From Paraspadella gotoi (taxonomy: Eukaryota > Animalia > Chaetognatha), in the NCBI GenBank assembly GCA_051294375.1, contig CM119267.1, positions 23,646,257 to 23,710,256 on the forward strand: a DNA stretch of 64,000 nt, written 5' to 3'. The stretch's first letter is position 1, and each line of letters begins with the position of its first letter. This document shows, piece by piece, positions 34,505 through 52,744 of the stretch. Both the position numbers and the translations under genes were made by a program. A model generated the notes under the pieces. That model had not been told where the DNA came from. It did not search any database and worked only from the letters and a program-made list of their open reading frames with translations.

Positions 34505-34692
34505 ATGAATTTTTCTATGCCCCCAAGGCGGCTTACGGCCGTCCTCACGCTTCTCGCAGTGTAGGTTACCCGATTGGGATTGAACCCGGTACCTAGTAGC
34601 CATGAGCTGATGACTTTACTCAATGAGCCACCGGGTAACAAATATAGTGTCATGCTTCTAGGCGGGGTGAACCTAGGAAATGCCCGACTACA
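34505..34692 (-). mobile_element. Copy of the TGT...ACA family with the most complete tRNA-Met(CAT)-like module (3'-truncated)
   Basis: TGTAGTCGGGCAT..TTCACCCCGCC leader. Then GTTACCCG...CGGGTAAC acceptor-like stem, A-box-like TGGCTCATTGAG, CT-CAT loop and B box GGTTCAATCC, followed by GGACGGCCGTAAGCCGCC. Confidence 0.8.
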
Positions 34693-34923
34693 TTTATAAT
34701 TTTTAGTTTTTCTTCGAGATTTTAATTTAAAAATCGATTAAAAAAAAGAATTTTAGAAAAAGATCGACATACCGACAGAGACCGACAGAATCCGACCGAC
34801 AAAGGATCTCACTGAGTGAAGAAAGAAGTGAAAAGTCCGACAATCGATTAGTGAATTCACTGAAAAAAAGTCACCATTTCTTTCGCCCATTTAATCTCAA
34901 TCAGAGTCTTAGATTTTCTCCAG

Positions 34924-34973
<50 letters not shown>

Positions 34974-35288
34974 CTCTCTCTCTCTCTCTCTCTCTCCCTT
35001 TTTTGAGACAGACAGAGACAGAGAGACAGGAGACAAACGACTTTTTAAATGCAATGAGTGATGGAACAAGAGAAGAGGGAAAATTAATGACGAAAAAAAC
35101 TTTTGAGAAATCGACTGACGAAACATCGAAAAAGAAACAAGACATAAAAGGGATATCAACCAATAAAAGGATAGATATCAAGATAGATATCAAGCATTGA
35201 TATTGACGATAACAACGACGACGACGACGATGATGATTACAAATAAGACAACGATGACGACGACGACGACAACAACGACGATAAAGAG

Positions 35289-35330
<42 letters not shown>

Positions 35331-36257
35331 TTTCCTCGCTGAATCGATTTTTCTGCATAAACGAAATAATCAACACCAGAAGAAGAAAAAAGAAAAAAAA
35401 AGAAAAAAAATCTAATTTCGTTTCAGACTCTTACTGATAACAACAATAACAAACTAGATAACCATAATCTCATTTGCATATCGAAGTATTTTATTTTTCC
35501 ACGCGTTGGCGCATGGAAATGGGTTTCGAGGGCAAAGTGATTCAATTGTAAACTGCGACACTTAAACTTCTTTAAACTTTTGTTCACATTAGAAAAACAG
35601 CTGTGCTTAATTAATAATAATAAACATATTAACAAATTGTAATTTAAAATAAGCGGGTGGAAAAGAAAGGCTCTTCTGTTCTGTTCTGTTTTCTGATTAT
35701 GAATTCCTTTTTTTCATTCCTAAGTTCTTTTCATTCACTATTCGTATATATTTTAATTAATGCTTTGTATAGTATACGAATTGTGTTCCTATACTACTAT
35801 ATGGTTGTTAAGGAAAATCTTTTTTGACTCATGTTTAACCAATGTAGAAAGAATTTTAATTCTAAGATCTACTGTTCGAAAAATTTAGTTTTCAAAAGAA
35901 TAGTCGCATTCTTTAATGATTGAAATATTTTAATCAATAACTTAAACCTTGTTTTGTCTATAGTGGTAGTTTTCATGAAATCTTTAACTTTGTTTTGTCT
36001 ATTGTCTTAGCTTTTTTTTGATGCTCATGTATGTACTGAATCAACCTTGTTGAATTCTAAATAAAACGCATATATATATATATATATAATTAAAACTTTA
36101 ATAAGTTACGTTATTTTAAAACAAAAAACAATCTAAATTACAAAAAAACTTACTAGTAAAATACAAGTTTCCCCGGGCTCCACTCATTCTACAAAAAAAA
36201 AATAGTCGAGTTACTTGATCGAAAATTCGCGAAACGGTTTTGAGGCATGGGAATTCT

Positions 36258-36355
<98 letters not shown>

Positions 36356-36553
36356 CAAAATTTAATAGCCGAATAAGAACAACCGAGAGAGAATAGATTT
36401 TCATTTTTTTGGCAAAAGACGAATTAAAATTCTTTCCTCGAATTTGACTCCAGATTTTATTTTCATATTTGATTCTTTTTTTTAATTTCATTGAACTTTT
36501 AGTGTGTCGCCTTTTTACTATAGTTACAATATTTTCATCATCATCATCATCAA

Positions 36554-36622
<69 letters not shown>

Positions 36623-36629
36623 CCAGTGC

Positions 36630-37235
36630 GCCACACGTCTCCTTCTCCCCGGATGTCTTTTGTTTCGACTCGATTTCCTCCTTTCCCCCGGATGTCATTT
36701 GTTTCAACACGGTTTCCTCTTTCCCCTCGGACGAGCGACGAATCCATTTCGAGGGTTCATCTTCTTTCCTCGACCTAAGACTGGATCTGCTTCGCTAAAA
36801 ATCCCGATCCACTTTCGTGTCTGGAGATCAGCGTCCACTTCCGGATTCTCCTCCGTCTCTAAAGACCCCATTGTTGGGTCCGAAGATCCGGGTCTTATTC
36901 CCGGTCCGAAGATCCGGCTTCTCTTCGGGTTCTGAAGATCCGGGTCCTCATCCGGGTTCTCTCTCAGATATCTCAAAATCCATGTCCTCATCTGAGTCTC
37001 AAGATTGGGTTCTCTTCCAGTTTTTAAGATCCTCTTCCTCTTCCGGATCTTTAAATCCGGGTATTCCTCCGATTCTGAGGTACAGGTCCACTTTCGGGTC
37101 TGATGATCCGCGTCCACTTCCGGTTTTAGGTCTGGGTCCGGCTTCGGGACTGAATTTACTCGGGTCCTTCTCTTCTTTTAAGATTTTATTTTTCTGGGTC
37201 TCATTGATCCTAGTCCGCTTCCGGATGTGAAGACA
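36630..37235 (-). pseudogene. Frame-disrupted, internally repetitive acidic/Pro-rich coding-like segment
   Basis: Overlapping ORFs in different frames with duplicated peptides (DADHQTRKW / DADLQTRKW) and recurrent CCGGATCTT units; may be only a decayed minisatellite. Confidence 0.25.
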
Positions 37236-37456
37236 CATGTTCTTTTTTCTGTCTTTCTCTCTGTCTAGTCTGCCTGTCTGTCTGTCTCCTCATTTAGTCG
37301 AATCTGAATCACGAGTCAAATTCACGATTATGAATCACGTTCGTGAAACCGGATCCATCATTTGTGACACTGTCGCTCCTCCGTCGAAATCTTAGGCATT
37401 ATAAAGACCAGTTGCAACATCCGTGATAATGCACAAAGGAGATAATGTATTATTTT

Positions 37457-37521
<65 letters not shown>

Positions 37522-39091
37522 TTGATTCATTTCTCTTATTTCTATTTTCCTCTGGGCCAATCGTTCGAGTTATGACGTCTTCCTCGGAATACATTTCATC
37601 GTCTGTTCCGTCGTCGTCGTCGTCTTCGTCATCGTCATCTTTCATGACGTAGTTTCCTTCTCTGTAACATCTGTCATCTTCAACGTCATCGTCGTTGTCA
37701 TCGTCGTCGTTTTCATTGATATCTTAATTGTCGTCGTCTTCGTCGTCGTCGTCGTCGTCTTTGCCGATGTCTTTTTTTTTCGTCTTTTTTCATCGTCCTC
37801 TAAGTCGTTGTCATTATTGTCTCAGCTGATGTCATCGTCTTCCTCGTAGTCATCATCCCGTCCATGTCATTTTCTCCGTCGTTGTCATCTTCTTCCTCGT
37901 CGATGTCATCCTTCGTCGTCATTCGAAAAAAAAAATGGAAAAAATTCGTGTGAGATAAAAATAGAATTTTATTCTGAGCTTTAATATCAACGTCGCTTCT
38001 CGCCTTTGAAATCTTTCTTTCTTGTTTAACTTTAGTTGCATTTATGTACAAAATATATTTTTATATATTTTTATATGTACTAGATTTAATAAAAAGTTAG
38101 TTTAGTTTCGCTCATCTTTCTTACATTCATGAACTTTATGAAATTCGTAAAATCAAAAGAAAAATATTCATTCATTAAATAAACGAGCCGCCTACTTTGG
38201 ACCAGCTATGGTGAGTTATATTTATGAAAGTTTGATGATTAATTACAATATACATATTATACAACTAACTTTTTTTAAAAATGGATCTTTCAGACATTTT
38301 TATTTAACGAATCTAACATGGCCAACATACTTCAATGGCACATTTGGTTCTTTTGGTGGCGATAAATTGTTATCCTCACCCAATCCCATCGACCTCAACT
38401 TGGCAAAACGCCGAACTTACCTTTTCTAACTTTACATTTGCTGAACTCTAACGGAGGAACACACCATCGAAAATACCTCTCACCTTTCCTCCCATTTAAA
38501 ACCATATTGTTTCTCTCTCTCTCTCTCTTTCTTTTCCTCAGCTTCTTTCTCCTCATTTCCTTTTTTTTCTTTTCCCTTCTTATTTCTTTTTTTCTCCTTT
38601 CCTTTTTCTTTTTCATCCTCCTTTTCTTTCTCTCTTTCATTATATTCTTTCTCTTTGTCCTTTCTTTCCTTATTTTCCTTATTTTCCTTCGCTCCTTACT
38701 TCTTACCTTTTTTTTCTCCTTTTTTCTCTTCTTCTTCCCCCTTTTTTTTCTTCCTCTGTTTTCTTCCTCCTTTTCTTTCTCTTTTTCTTCCTCCTTTTCT
38801 TTCTCTTCATCATCCTTTTCTCACTCTAACTTAGGCTTCCTTCTTTTTCTTTCTTTTCTTCCTAGTCCTTCTCCTCCTCTTCCTTCTCCTCCTCATCTCC
38901 ATGATGCTCTTTTGTTTCGCTTCATTGTTTCGACGTTTGATGTTGTTGCCGTTGGAGGCGCTTCGGTCGGCGACGCCGTCCGACGAAACGCCATCTTCGT
39001 TGATTAGCGTCGTTAAGAAGCTATGACGCCATCTTGGCCCAAGGAAAGAGAGAGAGAGAGAGAGAGAGAGAAGAGAGACGAGAGAGAGAGA

Positions 39092-39131
<40 letters not shown>

Positions 39132-39639
39132 AAGAATTTATTAGTAGAAAGTTCAAAGCTGTAAAATTAAAGAAAAAGAAAGATGGAAAGAAAGAAAGTA
39201 AAAAATAAAGAAAGATATATTAGGAAACAAAAGAAACTTAAAAAAAAAGAAAGAAAAACAATAAAATGGGAAAAGGGAAAGATAGAAAGACAAAAAGAAA
39301 AAACCTATAAAAACAATAAGGAAATAAAAATAATTAAAAAAAGGAAATAAAAGAGAAAAAGAAAAAAAATACGGAAAGAAAGAAGGAAAGAAAGAAAGAA
39401 GAAAATAAGAAAAAAGAAGGAAAAGAAGAAAAGAAAACAAGAAGGAAAAAAAATAAGGAAAGAAAGAAAGAAAGATATGAGAAAAAAAGAAGGAAGCAAA
39501 GAAAAGAAAATAAGAAGAAAAGAAAGAAGGAAAGAAATGGGCGTGGCCTCGTGGGGGCAACGTCGGTCGACTGAGCGCCTTCGATGTTCCCGCGTCCGTT
39601 GCTAAGGTCGTCGTCAGGGTCGTTGCTAACCGCGGCATT

Positions 39640-39952
39640 GACGTTGCCAACGACGGGGCGCAAAAATGAGAGCGCCAATGACGCTGCAAAGACGTGAAAA
39701 TGACGTGCAATTGACGCCCCAAGGACACATCAATAATGTGCCAAGGATGCACAAATGATTCGCCAATAACAAAACAATAATGCTTCAAAGACGCGCTAAT
39801 GTCGCACCAGAGACGCTCCTATGATGCGCTAATGACGCACGAATGACGCTCCAATGTCGTGCCAATGACTCCTTAATGACGCGCCAATGACGCTCTAACG
39901 TCGCGCCAATGACACGCCAATGACGTTCCAGAGACGCTGCAAGGACACGCCA
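39640..39952. repeat. Degenerate 11-bp minisatellite (GACGCGCCAAT)
   Basis: Recurrent gacgcKccaat units. Confidence 0.8.
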
Positions 39953-40849
39953 TATTTAAGCAAATACTATGCAGTAAAATTACAACTGCCCCCCCGTAGT
40001 TATTCCAAACGCTTAAGACAAGTTTTTTTCATCCCTCGTCCTCCACCAATGCCACTGCTCGTGCCACGGCCTCACAGTTTCTGCCACGTCGATTTGCAAC
40101 GGCCTTTTTTGCCTCGAGATTTCGACCACTTTCCTCAAACGAGGAGATATTGTCTTGACCTCATCTTTGGCTTTGGCAACTTACGAACGGGAGGAAAGAG
40201 GGGAGATGACGGGAAAAGGGGGATGGAGCAGTGGAGATGGGGAGAGTGATTACAGATGGGGAGAGTGATTACAGATGGGAAGAGTGATTACAGATAGGGA
40301 TGATAGGAAAGCATAATTTCCATTCGGGCATAGAGATGGTCGGAGAAAAATATGATCAACGGGACAGGGCAAATGGGAGTGAAGTTCAGATGGAAACTCC
40401 AAATAGGAACTTCAGATGGAGACCACAGAAGGGAACTTCGGATGGGAACGACGACGGCGACGACGACGATGAATGTACCTCCCACGCGGCGGTGATAAAA
40501 CTTTGAGAAGTCCCAGCGGCGAGATTAACGACGAAGATGACGACGAAGTTAAAAACGACGACGACGACGACGACGACGACAACGACGATGCCACAACGGA
40601 CTCGGAGAGAGCGATGAGTGACAGGGGCTGTGATTAACGAGGATGTGAAAATTATAACCTCTGCCTCTGTGTCATTTGTCACACTTTGTCACGACGATGA
40701 CGACGACGATGACGACGACCTCGAGGAATAATTATATAAGTTTATATCCCAATGTTTATATTCATAAAGACAATTTTCCCGAGTGTTGAACTTTTTTCTC
40801 ACATGCTCAAACACGGTCACATGCTCAAAAACGTCTCTCTAGTAATTTC

Positions 40850-41220
40850 TCTCTTCTCTCTAATTTTCCCTTTTCCTCCCCTTCCTTTATTTTCTTGCCC
40901 TTTTCTCAATTTTCCTCCATTTTACTCCCTTTTCCTCTCTTTTCCTTAATGTTTCTCCCTTTTCCTCCCTTTTCCTCCATTTTCCTGCCTTTTCTTTCCA
41001 TTTACCTTTTTTTCCTTCCTTTTCCTTCCCTTTTCCTCCCTTTTTCTCCATTTTTCCCCTTTTCCTCCATTTTCCTCCATTTTACTCCATTTTACTCCCT
41101 TTTTCTCCCTTTTTCTCCCTTTCCGTCTCTTTTCCCCTCTTTTCCTCCATTTTCCTTCCTTTTCCTTCATTTTCCTCCATTTTTTCTCTTTTCCTCCCTT
41201 TTCCTCCCTCCTCCATTCCA
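40850..41220. repeat. Degenerate 10-bp pyrimidine minisatellite (TTTTCCTCCM)
   Basis: 10-bp periodicity visible across ~370 bp. Confidence 0.85.
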
Positions 41221-41623
41221 TTTTAACATCTCCTCACTTCACCTTCTCGTCAATGAATATTTCTTCTCCTCGGAATCAACGACTCATCCGTCGTCAAGAT
41301 TCTCTTCCTTCTTCGCATTTCTGAGAAAAGATTCCGCCCCTCTTCCCGCCAAACCCCGCGCGGTGTGAAAAAAAAGTGAAAGTTTTAAGTTCCGTCGGTT
41401 GACGTGAAATTTTCCTAAAACTCGAAGCGACGAAATTCTGGAGATCCTTTTCCTTTTCCTTTTCCTTTTCCTTTTCCTTTTCCCGCCTAAATTTTTCATT
41501 CACACTTTTTTTTTATTCGAGGTAGAAATTTCAATAAAAAAAAATCTAGAATAAAATAAAGTGTATTGCCGAAAATAAAACACCCGGGCGTCGAAAAATA
41601 CGTTGCTATATTTTACAAAAGCA

Positions 41624-41908
41624 CCGCATTTCAGTTTAAATTCCGAATTAGTTTTTAGAAATAAAAATTAAGTTAAGGGTTGAAGAAAAGTTTGGGACTA
41701 AGGTTATAATAAGGGTTTAGTTGAGGGGATAAGTTAGGGGATTTTGGTTAAGATTTAGGGTTAGGGATTTGGGTAAGGAATTAGCTTAGGGTTAAGGATT
41801 AGGATTAGGTATTGGGATAAATATTTGTTAAGAGATATTAAGGTTTAATTTCAATTTACAGACTAATAACAGAAACGGGGTAATTTCGGAAAGTAGTGCC
41901 AAATGCGG
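41624..41908. mobile_element. Possible MITE with degenerate TTAGGG-like interior
   Basis: CCGCATTT..TTCCGAATTA on the left and TAATTTCGGAA..AAATGCGG on the right flank decayed (TTAGGG)-like hexamers. A CCCTAA-like tract also lies at ~43200-43430. Confidence 0.45.
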
Positions 41909-43676
41909 AAGGGTTGAGAAAAAAAAATTTTAAAATGTAAATTCCGGGCGGTTGAGGTGAAAAAAGGCCGATATAAATAAGGCAAAGGAACAGGAATAAG
42001 GCGGTTTGAAGATATAAAAAACTTAGAAATAAATATTGTTATGAATATTGTAAAAATTGATGGTTGAAATAAATGTTTGATGGGTGGCAGATAATAAAAA
42101 AGGTCTGAAATCTATGGAAATGTAAAAGAAAGAGAGAAAGGAGAACATGATAAAAGAAGAAAGAGAGACAATAAAAAGAGAGAGAAACAGAAAGAAAGAA
42201 AGAACAAAAAAATGAAAGAAAGATTAGAGGAATTGAAAAAATAAAACAAAAAAAAAGAGAAAAAGATAAGAAAGAAAGATAAAACAGAAATGAAAGAGAG
42301 TGAAAAAGAGAGAAGTGAGTTCCAGATCCCCTTTGTGGTGAATGTGTACGACGGACGCGTCACTGCCTATAAATTTTTAATTCTCTCTCTCTCTTCCTCT
42401 CCTCTTCTCTTCTCTCTCCTCTCTCTCTCTCTCTCGCTTCACGCCTCGGGGCCTTAATTTGAATTTTTCGCGAATTTTGAAGAAAAAAACGCCATAAAGT
42501 TCCAACGCTTTAACCTCGATTGGCGGGATTTGCAGAAAGAGAGGGATGAGGGAGGAGGAGAGGAGGAGGAGGGAAAAAAGGAGGAGGAGTCGCTGGAGGG
42601 GATAAAGAAGAAGAAGCATGTCAGAACAAGCGAAAGAAACCAGACTCTAAAAACAACAAAAAAAGATCCGAGCAGAGAGAGAGAGAGAGTGAATTGAGAG
42701 AAAATTGAGAGGGAGAGGTTTCTTCAGGGAATTGTTTTTGAGAAGGAGGAAAAAAAGGGGAAGGAGCATCGAGAAAGGAAAGAGGAAAAAAGTAAAGATG
42801 AAAAAAAGGAGGAAAAAAATAAAGAAACGTTGAGAAAGGAAAGAGAAAATAAGTAAAGATGAAAGAAAGGGAGGAAAAAAGGAAAGAGGAAAAAGTAAAG
42901 ATAAAGAAGAAAAAAAAAAGAACAAAGAATAAAAGTTAAACATGAGCGAATGAGATTTTAACTTATTAATAAGAAAAACACATATTTAAAAAATTACCTC
43001 GATAGGCAGCGGAAAGATTTAATCTCGTTACATTTACATATTCTGTAAAGAGAATGTTACAGTAAAATGGCCTTGGAAAACTGAAAAAGAAAAAAAAAGA
43101 ACGATTTAATTCGATTTTCCTATAAATTGCGAATTAACCAGGTCTCTTTTTACTAAGTTTCGATGATAAAAAAAGGCCTATTTTTTGAAAGGGCCCGCTT
43201 CTTAATCTTAATCCATTACCCTCATCTCAAATCTAAGATTTTAAAAGTAATCTTTAATTTAATCCCAAATCTAATCTAATCTAATCCATAACTCTAATCC
43301 ATAACCATATTCAAAATCCAAGTCACTAACCCTGATTCTTAACCTGATGCTTACTTGTAATTGTTAACCTAATCATTAACTTCAAAATCTCACCTAATAT
43401 TCAACCCCTAATTCCTATTTAATTCTAAACCCGTCGAGCAGAAATGGGGTGCTTTTCGAAAATGGCTCTGATTCAGACGGGTTAATCTTTTTACGCTAAC
43501 AGGTAATTTTGAGAGAAATAATTAATTTTTATTTATTTTAAAATATAACCGGAGTCGACGATTCGATAATCAGTTTTAATCAGACGATACCATTTGCCAA
43601 CAAAAGAGATATACGGAAAAATTCTGAGCAGAAATCGATGAAACTTATTTCTTTTCTCTCTCTAGAAGAAGAGATA

Positions 43677-46991
<3,315 letters not shown>

Positions 46992-47605
46992 TCGGTTGTA
47001 AACAAACGATTGACTCAGAGAAATATTAATGCAAGCGAGAGAGAGAAGAGAGAGAAAAGAGAGAGAGAGAGAGGAGACAAAGACGAGAGAGATGAGAGAG
47101 GCAGAGCAAGCAAGACGACGAGGACGAGAGAGACAATGAGAGACCGAGAGAAGACAACAGAAGAGAGTAGAGAGTAGAGATGAAAAGCAATCTCATTTCA
47201 TACTACGAACAGATGGACATAGTTGAAAACTTGGTAAAGTAAACTATACGACAGATTGCACGATACTACTAGAAAAAAACAAAACAATTAAGTTATTAAC
47301 TAATGATAAATATTTCAAATGATCTTTAGTTTAAAAAAAAAAATATTCAACTTCTGCTTCCATTTTCTTTAATTCCAACGAATAAAAAAAAGTCTTAAGA
47401 TTCATCTTCTAATCCTCCTCCTCTTCCTCCTCCTTCTCCTCCTCCTCCTCCTCCACCGTCTGCCTTTTCGGCCATCTTTCATCTTTATCCGTCATCTTCC
47501 CCCACGGTCTGGGACGGAGACGAAGGACGACGACAACGACGACGACGACGACTACATTAAAAGGCACGAGTCGTCGAGATGCTCATAACTTTTTCATATC
47601 GAAAT

Positions 47606-47664
<59 letters not shown>

Positions 47665-48088
47665 CTTTTCTTCCAGTTATTGTTTTTTTGATTGTTATTC
47701 TGGGTGTTTATCTAATTTAGTTGTCGTCGTTGTCTTTCTAATTGTTGTTTAAGACTGAGTTGTGTCGTCGTTGTTGTTTTTTTTTGTTTTTTTCCGTCAC
47801 GTTGTTTAGTCTGTTGTGTCGTCTTTCAGGTTGTTTTGTCTGTTATTTCGTCTTTGATGTTGTTTGGTCTGTTTTTTCGACTTTTTTGTTGTTTTGTCTG
47901 TTGTTTCGTCTTTTCTGTTGATTAGTCTGTTGTTTCATCATCGTTTCGGTTTTGTCTGTTGTTGTTTTGTCTGTAGTTTCGTCTTCGTCGTTGTTTTGTC
48001 TGTTGTTTTGTCGTCGTCAGCGTTTCCTTCCTCCTTCTGCTTTACATCTCCATTTTCCTTTCTCCTTCCAAAAAAGGCACTTATGCAT

Positions 48089-48211
<123 letters not shown>

Positions 48212-48811
48212 TTCTTTTTTCGGATCGTGGGGCTCAAATTGACCAGAATTGGAGAACCTCTCCTCGGATGAAATGGGTAAGGGGAAAAGGATAAAAAGGA
48301 AGAAGTTGGGTAAGGAAAAAGAAAACTCTTTTTTAGTCGAAAACGTGCAAGGAGATAGAGACAGAGAGAGACAGAGAGAGACAGAGAGGGAGAGAGAATG
48401 AGCGAATGAGAGAAGAAGAGACTAAAAGGAGAAGAAAAAAGTGATGAAACATCTGAAATGAACAAAGAAAATGTTTGTTGCCTTCTTTTTTTTCAAGTTC
48501 CATAACCAAGTAATCAAACCGTCACCAAGCTTTCAAGTTAGTCCGTCTCTCATGTATGTGGCACTTGACATTATTACTATCACCTCTCAGAATCTCATTT
48601 TCAGTTTTCAAATTGTAAAATCTCTTACATCTTTTCGGCTGAAGCAAGTGTACGGACCCTTTCCATCGGGTGATGCATGGTGATCAATGGTCACAGACTC
48701 ACAGTGGAACAACGGGTTGTGAAAGGCGGTGATTAAAATCACCAACGGTGAATGAATTCGTTGTCAACATCTCACGACGTGAAGAGAAAGAAGAATTAAG
48801 GCCAAACAAAG

Positions 48812-48943
<132 letters not shown>

Positions 48944-50846
48944 AATATACACACTCCCCGAGGCTAAAAAAACATTATCCCACAGAAAAAAAAACTTTCT
49001 TCACGTGACGAATCCCACTAAGACGAGGAGACATAAAACAACAACGACGACGACGACAACAACGACAACGACACCTCGTAACGGAGACGCTCATCAAAAA
49101 ACCATGAGTACGACGACTACGACGAAGCCCCGACCACCTCGACGATAATAACAACAACAACGACGACGACGTCAACCGCGTTGATGACGATGATGACAAC
49201 AACGACAGAGGTCCTTCAAGTGTCATCGAAAATGATAAAATGGCGGCAGGGATGACTTTTAAAAAAAGTCAATGACAAAAATAAAGACATAAAAACCAAA
49301 ATAAAAGCCAAACTCGTATATTGATAACAATAATGATGAAAACAATGATAGTGACAGCATGTATCTACGATACAATCACAACAACAGCGACAAAGACGAC
49401 AACAACAACAACGACAACGACGACAACAACAACAACAGCTGAACGTCGATTCCCACTTCAAATACGTCGTTTTATCGAAATGAGACGCAATAAAAAAAAC
49501 CTGTTTTCTTGTTTTTCTTGTTGTTTTTTTTTGGTGTTTTGTAATTTTTTGGGCGATATTTTTTTATAGAAAATAACTTTGTCATTTCTTTCATTTTGCA
49601 TATATATTTATACTACACAAGACAATATGATAGCTCTCACGTTTATACTAATATAATATAATAAATAGACTATTTTCGTAATTTTATGCCATTCGTCTTT
49701 GGTGAAATCAACATTTTAATTAATAGAATCTATAGTGAATGGAAATGTATTTAATTTCTTATTCATAACATATATGTTTAACGTTAGTTCTTTCACGTTT
49801 CAAACATAATATATGCTTCGATTTTTGTTTCTCTTTCCCTTAAACTCCCAACAGAGTCAAACTTTTGAAATGACTCTCCGAGATTTCAAGACAAAAGGCG
49901 AAGACGATTAAAAATAGAAACTTGTTTTCTATTTAAGAAAAACCTCATGTATTTCTCAATAACTTATTTTCGATAAACTTGTATAAAGCTTTTAGACTCT
50001 TATTAAAAAAGAAGTTAAGGGGATAATTAAGAAAAAAGAGGGGAAAAAAAGAAAAGAAAAAAAGAATTTCCTAATTCATGTCAGGCTTTTTGTCTCCTCC
50101 CAAATTCACAACCAGGAACTCACAAATGAGCTTCGACGCCTTCTATTTTTCTTCTCTTTTATCTTTTCTTTTCTTTTCTTTTTTTTATTTTTGTCTTTTC
50201 TTTTCCAATTTTAAATTCCATCTCTTTCCCTCGAATCTTCGCACTTTAAAACTTTTCTGCGATATTTTCTGGCAACAATGAAAGAAAGAAAAAAGAAAGA
50301 AAGAATAAAAAATAAATAAAAAACAAATTTTCTTTCTTCTCTTCGCGTCTTTTGTTTTTCATTTCTCCCACCTCCTCCTCCTTTTCTTCTTCCTCCTCCT
50401 CTTCCTCCTCCTCCTCCCGCCGTCTCGCGGCGCCACGGTCTTCCCTCGCTCATCGCTTCGCCATTTTTCATGGTGGAAGAAAACTGGCGAAGAAAAAGGA
50501 AAAAAGGGAAAAAAAGGGAAAAAAAGGGAAAAGTCTTAATCATGTGACACTTTTTTTTGTCAAAAAGGATTAAATCCTTTATCGCCATCTCAAGCAGACG
50601 TTCTCGCTTTTTTGACGTTTTTGCTCTTTTTTTTCTCTCTAGATTAATATTAAACATAAATAATTAAAAACAAAACAACGAAGTTCTTTGTTCAACAATT
50701 ACTGGAATAAAGAAAAAACCATAAAGACGAACGCTTTTTCATCAGAGATTTCTTATTTAATTTTTCATATTCATTAATTAAAATTATTTTCGAACGATTA
50801 TATTTTTTGCACAACAATTTACTTTACAACTGTTCTTATTTACTAA

Positions 50847-50880
<34 letters not shown>

Positions 50881-51177
50881 ATATAGTAGAATAAAAACAT
50901 TTTTTCCAATCATGAATAAAAATAATAAATAACTTCAGTTCTCTTTCTCTCTCGATTTTTTCAAAATCCTTCCCTCACCCACGGCCGAAACTTTGGATAT
51001 TTTCCTTCAATAAAGACAAACATTTTCTTTATTTTGTTTTAACATTTTTTTTTAAATGAAACGAATTATGAGGAATTTTTTTTACTCAAGAAAATTCAAG
51101 AGTTTCCTTTCAGTCTTGTTGATCTTAATAAAGAAATAAAGAAGAGACGCTTTGGGATTTTATGAAAGACGGATTTA

Positions 51178-51209
<32 letters not shown>

Positions 51210-51292
51210 TTCCCTTGTCCCTTGTCCCGCGCTCACAGCTTTCGTCCCACACATTCTCTTCTTGGTCGTCATCGACCCACACGAAGATAAGA

Positions 51293-51335
<43 letters not shown>

Positions 51336-51473
51336 TATCGTCGTCGTCGTCATCACAGTTTTTATCTTCAAAAATCAACAGTAAAGAGTTGATATAACAG
51401 AATCTTTTTGTGTTCGGCGACCGGACCCTCACAAGTCGAAAAGACTCGTGCAAAACTTATCTATTAATGGAGT

Positions 51474-51697
51474 TGTACCGGCTTTTGCAAAGTTCACCCA
51501 GCGTATAGATATCGTACCTTTCAGTTGTGACCCGCTGGCTCAATGAATAAGTCCCATCAGCTCATGACCCTTGGGTACCGTGATGCGTGATGAAAGTCGC
51601 AAACCGCTTTGAGGGGGAGCGTCAAAAATTCCCTGGCCTGATTCTAAGCCTGGGCTGATACTTATAGCGGTCTTCAGCCTTCAGCGCCTTATCAACA
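51474..51697 (+). mobile_element. Full-length 224-bp TGT...ACA element with partial tRNA-Met(CAT)-like module
   Basis: TGTACCGGC..GCAAAGTTCACCC leader, GTGACCCGCTGGCTCAATGAATAAGTCCCATCAGCTCATGACC, AAACCGCTTTG, end CAGCGCCTTATCAACA. Flanks GAGT/AAGT match at 3 of 4 positions. Confidence 0.75.
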
Positions 51698-51745
51698 AAG
51701 TAACTGCCAACATTATTGCCATAATCAAGATAATAAACACCTTCA

Positions 51746-51794
<49 letters not shown>

Positions 51795-52099
51795 TCCGCC
51801 CCCACTTCAGCTTCTGACCATCGAAGTCGCACGAATTTCACCCGCGGGGTCACGTGACGATCCTGAGGCGCGTGAGGAGAAAGGCATCACGTGATGGGAG
51901 AAAAGAGGAGAAGTCACGAGATCACAACCGATACTAGATGGTTCCATGAAAAAAAGAAAGGGAGAGAAAGATAATGGAGGCCTTAAAGTTAAACCACTAT
52001 AGTCTGTTCAAAGTTAGGGGCGAGATGGCCTATTTTTAGATTCGTTGTCCAAAGTCAGGGGTAAAATAGATTATTGATTGAATAAATGGATAAACTTTA

Positions 52100-52607
52100 T
52101 ATGAAATTGGTACAACCAATATAAAAATTATCATTTATTTAAGAAATAAGCTAATCTTGCCCTGACTTTGGACAGGCTTGGTGTTTAAGGCCTCCATCAC
52201 TCTTACAAGATAATGACATAGCAGGTCCCTGCAAGCTTTCAATCAAGACTCTCTCACAATCTCGTTTATTCACTCCCATAGTACCTGGCTTTCCCTATCA
52301 ATGAAGTGGAAAATATTTCAAAGAATGTTTCATTGTATGAAAAGACCACTCCCTTAAGTATTAGATCGGGGAATACTTATTGTACTCCGCACTAGCATCA
52401 AAATACAAGGAGCTGAATTTATGAAATTGGTACAACCAATATAAAAATTATCCATTCATTTAATAAATAAGCTATCTTGCCCTGACTTTGGACAGGCTTT
52501 GGGTGGTTTAACGGCCTCCATCACTCTTACAAGATAATGACATAGCAGGTCCCTGCAAGCTTTCAATCAAAGACTCTCCCTCACAATCTCGTTTATTCAC
52601 TCCCATA
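52100..52607 (-). mobile_element. Two tandem reverse copies of the 12779-13021 repeat (52100-52339, 52420-52607)
   Basis: Direct sequence match; a diverged plus-strand copy at ~51974-52099 abuts them tail-to-tail. Confidence 0.88.
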
Positions 52608-52744
52608 TGTTATACTAATTTTTTAATATCATACAAAGAGTTAATGACAATTCAAGAATAAATATATCGATTCTCATTGACCCCGAATTCGACTGTTCTC
52701 CAAATCACCTGGTCATAAAATCGAGCATATGCTTCTAAACCAAG

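Noticed and set aside
41690-41820. True or interstitial telomere
   Set aside because: Only two consecutive perfect TTAGGG units; the rest is degenerate and lies within a putative MITE.
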